A stretch of DNA of 64,000 bases from the human T2T-CHM13v2.0 reference genome, Homo sapiens. The stretch lies in assembly GCF_009914755.1 (NCBI RefSeq), contig NC_060942.1. The stretch is one strand, 5' to 3'. The position numbers were made by a program, and so were the translations under genes. Positions 1 to 16,749 of this stretch are shown piece after piece; the stretch's first letter is position 1; every line of letters begins with the position of its first letter. Below the pieces are notes generated by a model, which worked only from the letters and a program-made list of their open reading frames with translations, was not told where the DNA came from and ran no database searches.

Positions 1-1200
1 AGCTCATACAGACTTCTGCCTAGAAGTAACACAAATCACTATTGCTCATCAACTAAAGCAAATCACACAGACATACCCACATTTAAGAGGATAGAAAAGT
101 GTAATCCTTTATTATGTCCAAAATGGGAAGAAGAACCAGAAATATTGATAATCACTAATAATGTTTTCTTAGGTTAGGCTCTCAAAATTTTTTGTGATGT
201 TCTAGACTCTTTCCTATGAAATATGAAACACATCCATGGGACCTCTGTGTTGGTGGTATTAGCTTTGAGAATCACTTCTTGCATGTCCTACTACATCTCT
301 CAAATTTTTCCTCTGCTGAAAATAATCTGAGCTTTGCAAAAGTATATCTACTTTAGAATTCAAACCTACACCAGGAAACTTGAGAATGTAGATTTTAAAA
401 ATGAAAACTCCCACAACACAATATGTGAATATAAATGTAAACACACACACATACACATCCCAACTTTGTAGAAAATATCTAATAATTTGACTAATCCCCT
501 TTAAAACTGGAGGAAAGATTTCTAGTATTGATCAGTAACAAAGTTTCACCAAGTTCATTTTAACTGCTTAAAGTGAGACCACCAACCCAGGAGAAATAAC
601 AAGGTGTGTCATATGATTAGGGGATTTCAAAGAAGCTTCTACTAAATGAGCAGGTTCTTTAGGAAACACAGGAGTTGGTGACTGCATTTCAGAAGCATAA
701 AAGAAAATAGTAAAAGACGTGAATTCCAGACAAAGCGGCAAAAATAAGTAATCTGCCACAGTCACACAGGCTCCTCAGCATTCTTTTCCTGGAGGCGCAA
801 AGCAGCACTGGGGCCTTGGCAAGCTGCTGAGCAGGAACAAACAGTGACCACAAGTCACCAGTGATTGTTCTTTTCTGTCAAGCTTTCCCAGGGACATTTT
901 TGTTAGATCTGAAGTCTGACAGTTTGCCTTGGGCACTTTATGTCACAAAGGATAAGACAGACTCAAAAAAAAAGAGGCTTTCTCTTCTTAGGCCTCAGGG
1001 TTTTGCCTAAAAGCAAGCAAAAAGCATGGTTTCTGAATCCAAATGCTGATCCAGGCAAACCCGCCATGGTTGACCACTACCAGGGAATATCTGACTATCC
1101 TCTTTCCTTCCTACACCCTGCCCCTGCCCCCTTGCTTTCCTCAATCCAAGAAATTAATTCACCTTCCCTTTTCCAATCCTGGAACCCCTCCTTCTTTCAG

Positions 1201-1452
1201 ATAACACAGCACGGATTCTAACCAGGAGGTCTGGTTTCCGGCAGCAGGAGCAGAGTGTCTTTCACCTGCCTATCCTGATAGCAGATAGCGGGCAGCCCGT
1301 GCTGAGCAGCACAGGCACACTGACCATCCAAGTGTGCAGCTGTGATGACGACGGCCACGTCATGTCCTGCAGCCCAGAGGCCTACATGCTCCCAGTCAGT
1401 TTGAGCCGGGGCGCCCTCATTGCCATCCTCGCCTGCATCTTTGTCCTCTTAG
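1201..1452 (+). CDS. CDH20: Cadherin-20 penultimate coding exon (end of EC5 and start of transmembrane helix)
   Basis: Polypyrimidine tract and cttctttcag acceptor ending at 1200; 252-nt phase-1 exon translating (D)NTARILTRRSGFRQQEQSVFHLPILIADSGQPVLSSTGTLTIQVCSCDDDGHVMSCSPEAYMLPVSLSRGALIAILACIFVLL; donor G|gtgagt at 1453; splices in frame to 5412. Confidence 0.95.
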
Positions 1453-1659
1453 GTGAGTAAGGGGCTGCTTTCCCTTCTGTGGAGTCCTGCCAGTGCGCAC
1501 TCAGACATTTGTTCATTACCTTCCTGACACAGCTATTCAGAACTGGTCTTCCACACCTTGCTTACTCAAAAGGTGGTAGAGTGAGGCTGCACAAAAAACA
1601 GTAAAGAAATTGAGGACAGTCCCTTCTTCGAGGTGTCTGTGGCAAGATCAAAGCACATA

Positions 1660-2170
1660 TACTTATAAAGTATCTACTATGAGCTGGGGCACCACACAAG
1701 GTGCTAGGATTAATAAAACAGACAAGTCCTGGCCTTCCTGAGTTTACTTCAGAACAAAGCAGGTTCATTTTGACATCATAGAATCAAAATTACAATTTAG
1801 ACAGGATTTGATGATCACCTCTTCTAACCCCTTCATTTAAGTAGTAGCTAAGTCACAAACGGGTAAGTGACAGGCTCAAAACCAAAGTCAGAGGCACAGC
1901 CAGGGCTGAAATGCAGGCAGGCTATATACACTGGGCACCCCTGTGGCTCAAAGGCACTGCCTTTCTCCTAAATGCTCATCCCGATTCTGGAGGTGGTATT
2001 ACAGGAAGGGAAGAGGGATAAGGTATCCTGGTTGGAAAAGTGACAGGGATAGACGCCACTTCAAACAGGGTAGTCAGGGAATCCCTTACTGATAAGACCT
2101 TTGAGCAGAGAGCTGAAGGAAGTGATGGTGTGAACCACACAGATTTCTGGAGAATAAGCTGTTTGGGGTG
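1660..2170 (+). mobile_element. Degraded L2/MIR fragments in the last intron
   Basis: L2-like motifs (cagacaagtcctggccttcctgagtttac; gacctttgagcagagagctgaagg) and MIR-like 1780-1900. Confidence 0.5.
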
Positions 2171-5100
2171 ATTAGTACACCTCCTAGGCACCATGGCCAT
2201 CTAACCAGGAACAGTGACTAAACAGGGTCAGTTTGCCTCTGCTGAAGAAATAAGGACATAACAGGCTAGCAGTGGCAGAACACTACTGGGGTAAGGAACC
2301 CTTCCTTCTTCCTCTCAAGTCATACTGCAAGGTGGCTCCCCAACTCCCTGGTATGTAAGGCCATCCTTGCAATTCTTTTCTAATTCCACACTCAAAAACA
2401 GTGAAATAAAAACACCTAAACCAACTCTTGCAAAAAAGAAAGTATCTGTACATATATCCTTGCTCTTCTTATTGAACTAATCTATAGCATATATATCATG
2501 CTTAGAGAAACACAGATTTAGTAGATACTAGTATTATTCAATACAAAAGAAGTCCGAGTTTTCTGAGGGAAAAAGCCCTGAGGATTGAAATTAGAATAGA
2601 GGTACAGATATTCACATACACCCTTGATCCCAAGTTCACCTCTATACCAAGAGACAGACCAAAGAAAGAAGTTCCTGTGTAAAATGTCAACACTTGATTT
2701 TCTAGGTAGGTCCGTGCAATGTGCTTCTCAAAATACATTTAAAAATACAACATGTGGTTTAATTTTGTTGTTTTAGTTCAGTCCTACGTAAAGAGAGGAA
2801 GAGTATAAATAAGTAACCTTTCTAAGTTCTTGGATCCCTGTGTCAAGAGAAAATTGTTACGGTTTCTGGTCCCTGACTGCATTGACAAGTAAAACCTCCC
2901 TGCAATTCCTTGAGTTTCCATAAGGTGGCATTGGGAGTCCTTTAGCACAGAAGTGGACGACCTGTAAGAGGCCTTTGAAGAAACTTGTTCCTGGGAGGAA
3001 TTTCCAGACTGGCTGTCCTTACTTCTATCTTTGGAAAATGTCGAAGTTAAAAGTTCACCCTGGCCCACAAAAAGCCATCATTACAGAAATACTGATTTAA
3101 AGAGACTGGCTTGGAGAGGCTCTCAAGTTAAAAATGGTGTGCAAGGGACAATTTATCTTATCCCTTCCCACCCACGATGATGTCTTGTCTTTTAAACCGT
3201 ACAGAAAAAGTAAACAGTTTTCAGGAGCTAAATTGAGCAGAGCTGTCATAAAATCCTCACAGTTTTAAGTACCCTTACTTCTAAGAGTACACATCCCACA
3301 TTAAAAATAATTCATCAAACTTTAAGATTTGACTTGCATTTGTCAACAAAATACTATATTTTATAGACAACTAAATAAATTAATTCTGACTTCCTGGGTT
3401 TTTTTTTCATGTCTCATATATGTATCTAGTGCCTAGAAAATCTCATAAGCTCTACGCACCGTGCCTATAGTACACGAAGAATAAACCATCCCTAGAACTA
3501 ATTCTCTTCTGTCAGAGAAGCCTTTCAGCTGAATAAGACCATTTTCCTCAAAATCTGATTTTCAGGGCATCATGTAATATTTGTTATGTAATATTTGTTA
3601 TTTACCTAATTAGATTACCTTAAAAAAAAAAAGACATGTAGCTGTCTTTATTTTTCAAAAGACGGACTAGTTCTATATAAACGGCCTAATTCTCCATGAC
3701 CATCAGAATTCTCTCCAGCAAGGTATTCAAAAGACTTCCAATTTTGCTTCCTAGCGTTATCCAAAATACCGCCCCTACCACTTCAAGGTCACCTCTGTGA
3801 AGCCCTACCCAGTCTCCCAGGTAAAATTCACTGGCCCTGCCTCTGTACTCTCCCAGTGACACTTGTGGCTCTAACAGCCCTTATCACTGTCTGACTTGCA
3901 TTAATTATCAGCATCCATAATCTCCTTAGATTACAAGCTCACAAGAGCAGAATCCATGTCACACTCAATATTGTTTCCCCATTGCTTAGCATAGAGGATT
4001 AAAAATACTTGGGTTTAATAACTTTACTGAATCCTGCAAACACAGCATGCTCACTTCGAATCTCACGTCTCCAACCTGCATCAATCCAAATCACACTCCA
4101 ACCTTTCAGGCTCGATTCAAGCCCACGCTTCCTTAGAGTCCTATTAGTCTCTTTTTCTCTAGGAATCCCACCCTCCTTTCAGTCCACGCCTCGTATTTTT
4201 GCACACAGGGAAAATACACATGAGCGTATCATCGTTTCCTGTGTATGTTTTGTCACCAAAGCTATCTGGGAAAATATTACGTATTAATGTCATTAATTGC
4301 AATTGATAAAAAAGCACATCTACATTCAAAAAAATTTTTAAATCATTGTTGTGAGTTTTATTAGTCGGTAATCTTTTACTGTATGTATGAATGTACTCCA
4401 CTTTCTCCCCTTGGATAAACTGGGGTCTTATTTTGCAGTGCTGTCAAACTGTCACTGTTCACCAGCTATAACAAAGCACACCAGAAAAAAAAAAAAATCA
4501 ATAGCAGTTCTACAGCTAAAACCTCAACACTCTTCCTGGAAAACGTTTTCAGAGAGATAAATAGCTCAATGGGATTATCTCTATCTCTCCTTTAAACCCC
4601 AGCGAACACATTCTAGGGGGGAAAAATGCATTTGTTGGGATAAAATTTTATCCAAACCTGCAAGGGCACATCTAACAGTGTGGTGTTTCTTTGATAACAT
4701 GATGAATTATATAAAAGGCCACTGCTCATTCTCTGCCTTCCATAAATACCCTTGGGTCCAGAAAGCCACAACCACCTCTTTAATGAAAGGCTTCTCTGAG
4801 GAACCTGAGTTTATTGGACCCCAGGGATCACTTATGTTCTGTTGTTTTTTAGAGGTATAAAAAGACTACAACTTTGGTGCACACTTAGTATGTGTGTCTC
4901 TATGCATATTAAGATATGATTATATACAGAGTAGAATCCTATTAAGATGCTAATATACGGAAGCAGAATTCCACCTACATAATAAGACTTTCACATTATA
5001 AGAGGATAAATGTATATTTTTCATCATATAAACAGAGCACGTGATCTGGTCCTTAGAGTATGTTGGTCCATAGCAGGCCTTTGTGCTTTGTTAGTGGGAT

Positions 5101-5411
5101 TTTAAATTGGGTGTTAGGTGTAGACACACAATTTCAAAACAGCAAGCTGATGGTAAGCGACTATAGGCAACTTTTTCTAATTAAACCATTTGAAGAAATA
5201 CAGGGCTTCATTGTCCACAACCTGACTTACAGAAAGAGGACAAAGTGGACTTAAATTAGAACTCCCCGAGGTTTCAGATATCCAAAAGCTATCTCTGAGC
5301 CCTCCACTCGGTAGCCCTTCCCCTATCCGTGGTGAATCAAGACTACTTCTAGTCACCGCACACACAGCCACATCTCCTCGGTAAACACACTCTCCTTTTT
5401 GTTCCTGGCAG

Positions 5412-5917
5412 TGCTGGTGTTGCTCATTTTGTCCATGAGGCGGCACCGGAAACAACCATACATCATCGACGACGAGGAAAACATCCACGAGAACATCGTC
5501 CGCTACGACGACGAGGGCGGCGGCGAGGAGGACACCGAGGCCTTCGACATCGCGGCCATGTGGAACCCCCGGGAGGCGCAGGCGGGGGCCGCCCCCAAGA
5601 CGCGGCAGGACATGCTGCCCGAGATCGAGAGCCTCTCCCGCTACGTGCCTCAGACGTGCGCAGTGAACAGCACTGTCCACAGCTACGTGCTGGCCAAGCT
5701 CTACGAGGCCGACATGGACCTGTGGGCACCGCCCTTCGACTCCCTCCAGACGTATATGTTCGAGGGGGACGGCTCTGTGGCGGGGTCGCTGAGCTCCCTG
5801 CAGTCGGCCACGTCGGACTCGGAACAGAGCTTCGACTTCCTGACGGACTGGGGGCCCCGCTTCCGGAAGCTGGCCGAGCTCTACGGGGCGTCGGAGGGAC
5901 CCGCGCCGCTGTGGTGA
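5412..5917 (+). CDS. CDH20: Cadherin-20 last coding exon (end of TM helix and cytoplasmic domain)
   Basis: Acceptor ttttgttcctggcag ending at 5411; translation VLVLLILSMRRHRK...YDDEGGGEED (p120-catenin site)...PPFDSLQTYMFEGDGS...WGPRFRKLAELYG (beta-catenin region)...ASEGPAPLW, TGA at 5915-5917. Confidence 0.96.
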
Positions 5918-6000
5918 CGGAAGCCAGGAGGCAGGCGCGCGTCCAAATCCAGACGTTCTCCGCGGGTGCTTCGCGGACAAGGTGCAGCCAACCACACGAG
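5430..6000. promoter_or_regulatory. Exonic CpG island over the CDH20 last exon
   Basis: Very high GC and CpG density against AT-rich, CpG-depleted flanks. Confidence 0.8.
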
Positions 6001-7000
6001 CAATACTGTGCTGGAGAGTGAGAATGGGGGTGAGCAGGCGAACAGAGCTCTCTCTGGATCAGCTTTACTTGGGTAGATTAAGTTAAATAAGCAAAAGGAA
6101 ACCCAGAAGGAAGAGGGCAGAATCTTTAATTACCTTTTTTTCTTTTCTTTTTGATTTTTCTGACACTGTGTGCGAAGGCTTGGAGTCCAAGGTGTTCTGA
6201 CAAGGGTGGCTTTTCTCTGCCATTCGCTAAGGCCTTTGTCACTTTTCCACCACAGAAAGGCTCTGGCCTTGGATACAGAGATGCCAATTGAAAGCAGAAA
6301 GTTCTACTCTCGTATCTGTTTTTTATCTTATCTTATTCTCCATTTAAGAGTTTTGCTGGCTCAAACCACAGAAACCAACCCACAAGAAAGAACAAAAAAC
6401 TTGTTACTCAGTGAAATTAACCTACTTGTTCTGGGATGGATGGAATTTCCCGTAACCCTTTTGAGACAAGGTTAAGACTGAATCAGCCTTGCATGGGGGT
6501 GGATGGGTGGGAGGGTGGGTGAAGGAAGAGACATTGACTTTATGCTCAAGTTTAGTGGCTGAACCAAGAGATGTTGGCATTACAGCTCATCCAACGCCAT
6601 CAAGTTAGAGTGCTCGTGTCTCCTCTCAGCTATTTAACTGTGCCCCTGCAAAATTGTTCAGAATGAAACCAGAAAAATCTGCCTCTTTTGCACTGTAGAT
6701 GTCTCTTCCATGTGCCAAATGTGGAGATTAGATGCTACAAATGAAAGCCAAATAAAAAAGAAGTATCTGACAAAAGCATGGGTTAGAGGGCTTTCCTAAT
6801 CTGTGTGAGGTCAATCCAAGGGATGTTTACATACTGTAGATAACCTACTTGAACAAAAATCAGTATTATAGAGAATAAATGGATGTAAGAAAATTACATG
6901 TACAAGTTTTGTATATTTGTTAATAATTTTGGTAATAAATATGATGTACTGCATCTCAGTACCTTAGCACTTCTTTTAATAAAAGTTAAATAGAAGGAAA
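5918..7000 (+). other. CDH20: CDH20 3' UTR (end inferred)
   Basis: Follows the stop codon, becomes AT-rich and ends in a cluster of AATAAA hexamers with upstream TGTA motifs. Confidence 0.75.
6874..6983 (+). terminator. Polyadenylation signal cluster (AATAAA at 6874, 6934 and 6978; another at 6751)
   Basis: Hexamers read directly from the sequence; several TGTA (CFIm) motifs lie between 6830 and 6950. Confidence 0.7.
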
Positions 7001-7574
7001 AGTCTATTGTGAATTTGTTTAATTGCTGAACAGGTAGAAGATGACTTTGTAATCCTGATCTAGCCTCAGGCTCCCGGGGTTGGGGCTAATTTGTAAGGCA
7101 AAAGCAATGGAAAAGAAGTGTGAGGCTGCATTCTGTTTCAGTAGCTAACCATATGAACATTATGGTTCAAACTGTTAAGCTTTTAATGAACACCCTCCAT
7201 TTCTTCATCCCTGAAAAGAGCAAAGGGTGGTTTGGTAATATCAACTATACAATGGTGAATTTAGCCCATATTTTTCATTTTGCAAAAGGTTATTACACAT
7301 AGCCCCCAATGAGGCAGGCTACTGTGCTACTTACATCTCTATTTCATTGGCAAATTGAGCTCACAGATGGTTGAAACCATATTTTATTCATCTTTCCTTT
7401 TGCTACAATAGCTAGCATACTCTTCTGCATACAGTAGGTGCTTAACACTTCTTGGCTACATGATGGGAGGGATCTCTATTTGACATTCTATTACTAAAAA
7501 ATATTTTACACAACTATCCTCACAACTGAGGACAAATTGTGAACAAAATCATTCCCTGAGAGCCTTGATTATAG

Positions 7575-7739
7575 CAACAGTTCTCAAATTTTAATGTATC
7601 AGAATCACGTGAAGAAATTGTTAAACTACCTCACCCCTAGAATTTATGATTCAGTCGATTTGGGGCAGTTTGTATTTCTAACATGTTCCCAGGAGATGCT
7701 GATGCTGCTGGTCCAGGAACCACATTTTGAAAACCTCTG
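7575..7739. mobile_element. MER5A-like hAT MITE
   Basis: cagttctcaaa...tcagaatcac...gatgctgatgctgctggtccagg...ttttgaaaacctctg, the typical MER5A pattern with inverted ends. Confidence 0.75.
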
Positions 7740-9372
7740 ATATGTAGTTACTCACTCTCTAACACATGAAGATTAAACTATGTCCCATCTGTACTGGGTC
7801 CCATCTTCCCGCAGAGTGGTGTTGTGAATTGTTTTCTCAGTAAAACATGAACAGTTTACAGAAATGTAAGGAAAGCTGATGAGGGTCTGGGAGGCAGTAG
7901 GATGTGCTTTTTTGCATATTACACATTACATGGTACCATTACATGGTACATTAACAGCCACCAAATTCTCTTCAGCCTTCAGCATACTAACCCTTTCTTC
8001 CCATGAAAGGCAGGCAGCTCTCACACATCCTCTTCAAGGATAGAGTGCAATGTAAAAATAAATACATTTAACAAAGCAAAAGAAAAAGCATGGACTTGAG
8101 TCCAAACTAGGCTTTACAATATACCAATTATATGGATGTAGGCAAATCAACCTCTATAACATTCTTCCTTCCTACCACAGCCCTGAGGATAATTTTGTGA
8201 GTATTTCACTTTGTACTGCTTATGTTACAACTGAGAACAGCTGTTATCCTAACCACAGGGGGTTATCATGCCCCACATCCTGCAAATGTGGTCCCCATGA
8301 TATTGGGCATGAAGTAATTAAACAAAATCTCCTGAATCTTCTGGTCCCTGGGAGGATAGTTAATGGTGTAATACAGGAAGCGTGATTGAAGCACAAAATA
8401 GATCTATTTCAGCTTCATACTCTAAGCTAAGAGATTCCCACTCCAAATGAGTTTTAAAATTCCCTTTCTACTGCCACAATGTAATACAAATGCTGATCCC
8501 TCTGGGAATAAAGAAAAAGAAAACCATCATCATCTCTATACAGACAATGTGATCAGGTTAGGCCAGAGAGCTGTAAAATTATTCAGCCATTTGTTTGTCA
8601 ACAGGTATGACAGCTAGCCTATAATTTACATGTTGGAGGGAAACAGGAGAATCTGTAGAAACCAATTGATGAGACTCAATCTGAAAATGTATTCTGAATA
8701 AGAACACAAGCAAAGATAAAAATTAGCAATGAAAAATTTAAAAAAGAGAATATTCAAGCATGGCATATAGCAAAGACAAACATGGGGTTGTTCACACAAG
8801 AAAGAATCTATGAATCCTGAAAATGGTATTCAACAAGTTAAAAATCAGTGCAGGCACATTGATTAAAAGTTGTCATTAATTCACTAATATTGCAGAACTA
8901 GGCCTTGATGACAGAATTCACAGTATTTCCATATAGTGCTGGGACTATATGAATGTAGGACAGACACACTTTACAAGCAGTTCTCATTGCAGATTGACTC
9001 ACTGTCATATCCATTTGTCATTTTTACAATAAAGAACCTTCAACAGATTATTATATATAAATATCTGGATTGGGGAAGCTTCTGCTTTATTCTTAAAGAT
9101 CAAGTTTCTGATAGAAGAAGTCGATAAAATTAGGCCAAGTGGTCCTCTTTTATTTGTTATTTTTTTAAGTTATACTTTAAGTTCTAGGGTACGTGTGCAC
9201 AACGTGCAGGTTTGTTACATATGTGTATATGTGCCATGTTGGTGTGCTGCACCCATTAACTCTTCATTTTCATTAGGTATTTCTCCTAATGCTATCCCTC
9301 CCCCCTCCCCCCACCCCACGACAGGCCCTGGTGTGTGATGATCCCCACCCTGTGTCCAAGTGTTCTCATTGT

Positions 9373-13883
<4,511 letters not shown>

Positions 13884-13949
13884 TATGATGTTAGCTGGTT
13901 ATTTTACTCGTTAGTTGATGCAGTTTCTTCCTAGCATTGATGGTCTTTA

Positions 13950-14966
13950 AATTTGGCATGTTTTTGCAGTGGCTGGTACCGGTTGTTCCTTTCCATGTTT
14001 AGTGCTTCCTTCAGGAGCTCTTGTAAGGCAGGCCTGGTGGTGACAAAATCTCTCAGCATTTGCTTGTCTGTAAAGGATTTTATTTCTCCTTCACTTATGA
14101 AGCTTAGTTTGGCTGGATATGAAATTCTGGGTTGAAAATTCTTTTCTTTAAGAATGTTGAATGTTGGCTCCCACTCTCTTCTGGCTTGTAGAGTTTCTGC
14201 AGAGAGATCTGCTGTTAGTCTGATGGGCTTCGCTTTGTGGGTAACCCGACATTTCTCTCTGGCTGCCCTTAACATTTTTTCCTTCATTTCAACCTTGGTG
14301 AATCTGATAATTATGTGTCTTGGGGTTGCTCTTCTCGAGGAGTATCTTTGTGGCATTCTCTGTATTTCCTGAATTTGAATGTTGGCCTGCCTTTCTAGAT
14401 TGGGGAAGTTCTCCTGGATAATATCCTGAAGAATGTTTTCCAACTTGGTTCCATTCTCCCCATCACTTTCAGGTACACCAATCAAATGTAGATTTCGTCT
14501 TTTCACATAGTCCCATATTTGTTGGAGCTTTGTTCATTTCTTTTTACTCTTTTTTCTCTAAACTTCTCTTCTCACTTCATTTAATTTGATCTTCAATCAC
14601 TGATACCCTTTCCTCCACTTGATCGAATTGGCTACTGAAGCTTGTGCATGCGTCACATAGTTCTCATGCCATGGTTTTCAGCTCCATCAGGTCATTTAAG
14701 GTCTTCTCTATGCTGTTTATTCTAGTTAGCCATTCTTCTAATCTTTTTTCAAGGTTTTTAGCTTCCTTGCAATGGGTCCGAACATCCTCCTTTAGTTAGG
14801 AGAAGTTTATTATTACTGATCTTCTGAAGCCTACTTCTGTCAACTCATCAAAGTCATTCTCTGTCCTGCTTTGTTCCATTGCTGGTGACATGCTGCGATA
14901 CTTTGGAGGAGAAGAGGCTCTCTGGTTTTTAGAATTTTCAGATTTTCTGCTCTGGTTTCTCCCCAT
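13950..14966 (-). pseudogene. Disrupted L1 ORF1
   Basis: ATG GGG AGA AAC CAG AGC AGA at 14966; ORF 13931-14506 matches the ORF1p C-terminal half (RRATPRHIIIRFTKVEMKEK...YPAKLSFISEGEIK); N-terminal half broken. Confidence 0.9.
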
Positions 14967-15939
14967 CTTTGTGGTTTTATCTACTTTTGGTTTTTGATGA
15001 TGGTGACCTACAGATGGGGTTTTGGTGTGGATGTCCTTTTTGTTGATGTTGATGCTATTCCTTTCTGTTTGTTAGTTTTCCTTCTAACAGTCAGGACCCT
15101 CAGCTGCAGGTCTGTTGGAGTTTTCTGGAGGTCCACTCCAGACCGTTTGCCTGGATATCACCAGCAGAGGCTGCAGAACAGCAAATATTGCAGAACAGCA
15201 AATGTTGCTGCCTGATCCTTCCTCTGGAAGCTTCGTCTCAGAGGGGCATCCGGCTATATGAGGTGTCAGTCGGCCCCTACTGGGAGGTGTCTCCCATTTA
15301 GGCTACTCAGAGGTCAGGGACTCACTTGAGGAGGCAGTCTGTCTATTCTCAGATCTCAAACTCCATGCTGGGAGAACCACTGCTCTCTTCAAATCTCAGT
15401 TGGAAATGCAGAAATCAACCATGTTCTGCGTCACTCATGCAGGGAGCTGTAGACTGGAGCTGTTCCTATTTGGCCATCTTGTAGCTCAGCCGTGGCCCTC
15501 TTTTAAAATGATCTTCTGGTGAATTTTTGTCTCTTGTGATTCATGTTATGCAAAAATACACATGAATACTAATTTATATACTATGTAATTAACTATAACT
15601 CCAACCCAATTTTTCTTACATCTTTCTTCCAGGGACAGGAAGCTAGCAAATCCTACCTCATTTGTTTGGCCACACTGTTGGTTTTATAAGGATGATCAGA
15701 TGACTGATGATGAGAGAGTTTCTTCCACTCTATTGCTTTAGCTACTGTGGTCACCTTCCTGGTGCCTGTGATGCCAAGCGCTCTATCTCCTATCCCAGAA
15801 AGCCTTACATCACTTATCTGAGAGTAGCCACTCTCAAAAACTGGTACAACTACCCATAGAATCTTCTCTAATTTTTCGGGAGGGCTGGATCCTTGGTCTT
15901 TTTTACTGTTATTTCCATTTCTTCCCCTTCTTTCCTATC

Positions 15940-16505
15940 ACCCGTTTCAGTTACCATTGCTGCTGCATAAAAAATTTTTTAATTTAAAAAACTGGTGAAA
16001 ATGATAACCATTTTATTATACTCATACATTCTGTGGGTCAGGAATTCAGAAAGGGTGCATCTGACACTTTGTGACACTCTGTCTCTGCTCCACAGTGTCT
16101 GGGGTCTCAGCTGGGAAGGGTCAAAGGCTGAGAGTGATTCATGGGATAGGACTTGACACATCCATTGGTTTGTTCACCCATGTCTTGGTGGTTGACACTG
16201 ATTATCAACAAGGATATCTAATGGAGCAACTGTCAGCCAAACCTTGGTATGTAGCTGCTTGGGCATCCTCCCAGCATGGAGGCTGAGTTACAAGAGTATA
16301 AACATCACAAGAAAACCAAGCAGAAGCTAAATCACCTTTAATGACTTAAGAAGTCATGTAGCATTACCTCTATGGCAGTCACAAGCTTCCCCAGGTTGAA
16401 GAAGAGGGAATGTGGGCTCCACCTCTCAGTGAGAAGAGTGTCAGAGCTAGATCTATATTATAAGAAATAACGTTGCCCATTGTTGGAAAATACAATCTGC
16501 CATAT
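15940..16505 (-). mobile_element. Old MaLR (MLT1-type) LTR
   Basis: cattctgtgggtcaggaattcag...ctgctccacagtgtctggggtctcagctgggaag pattern. Confidence 0.6.
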
Positions 16506-16749
16506 TGTCTTTTCCTTTTTTAATACCCTGCCTCTTTTTCTGACTCCAGGAAATCACTTTTGGTTCCATTCATCATTTCCTTTCTTCCACTCCATTTCTT
16601 CGTTGTAGAATATATTCTTATTTCCATAGATATATTATTATTCTTTGAAATTCAGCACTCTCCCTACCACAAAGTACTTTCAGAAGTAAATGAATATTTC
16701 ATGAAAACACCTAGCAAAATATCTGATGTATAAGAAGGATTCAATATAT

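Noticed and set aside
940-1221. 93-aa ORF overlapping the start of the cadherin exon
   Set aside because: Mostly intronic and in a different frame from the cadherin reading frame.
5399-5411. ORF-track start MFLA for the cadherin exon
   Set aside because: This is the intronic polypyrimidine tract and acceptor; the exon begins at 5412.
5177-5995. 272-aa antisense ORF and other overlapping ORFs on the CDH20 last exon
   Set aside because: Shadow ORFs expected from very high GC3 codon usage; no recognisable domain or independent start context.
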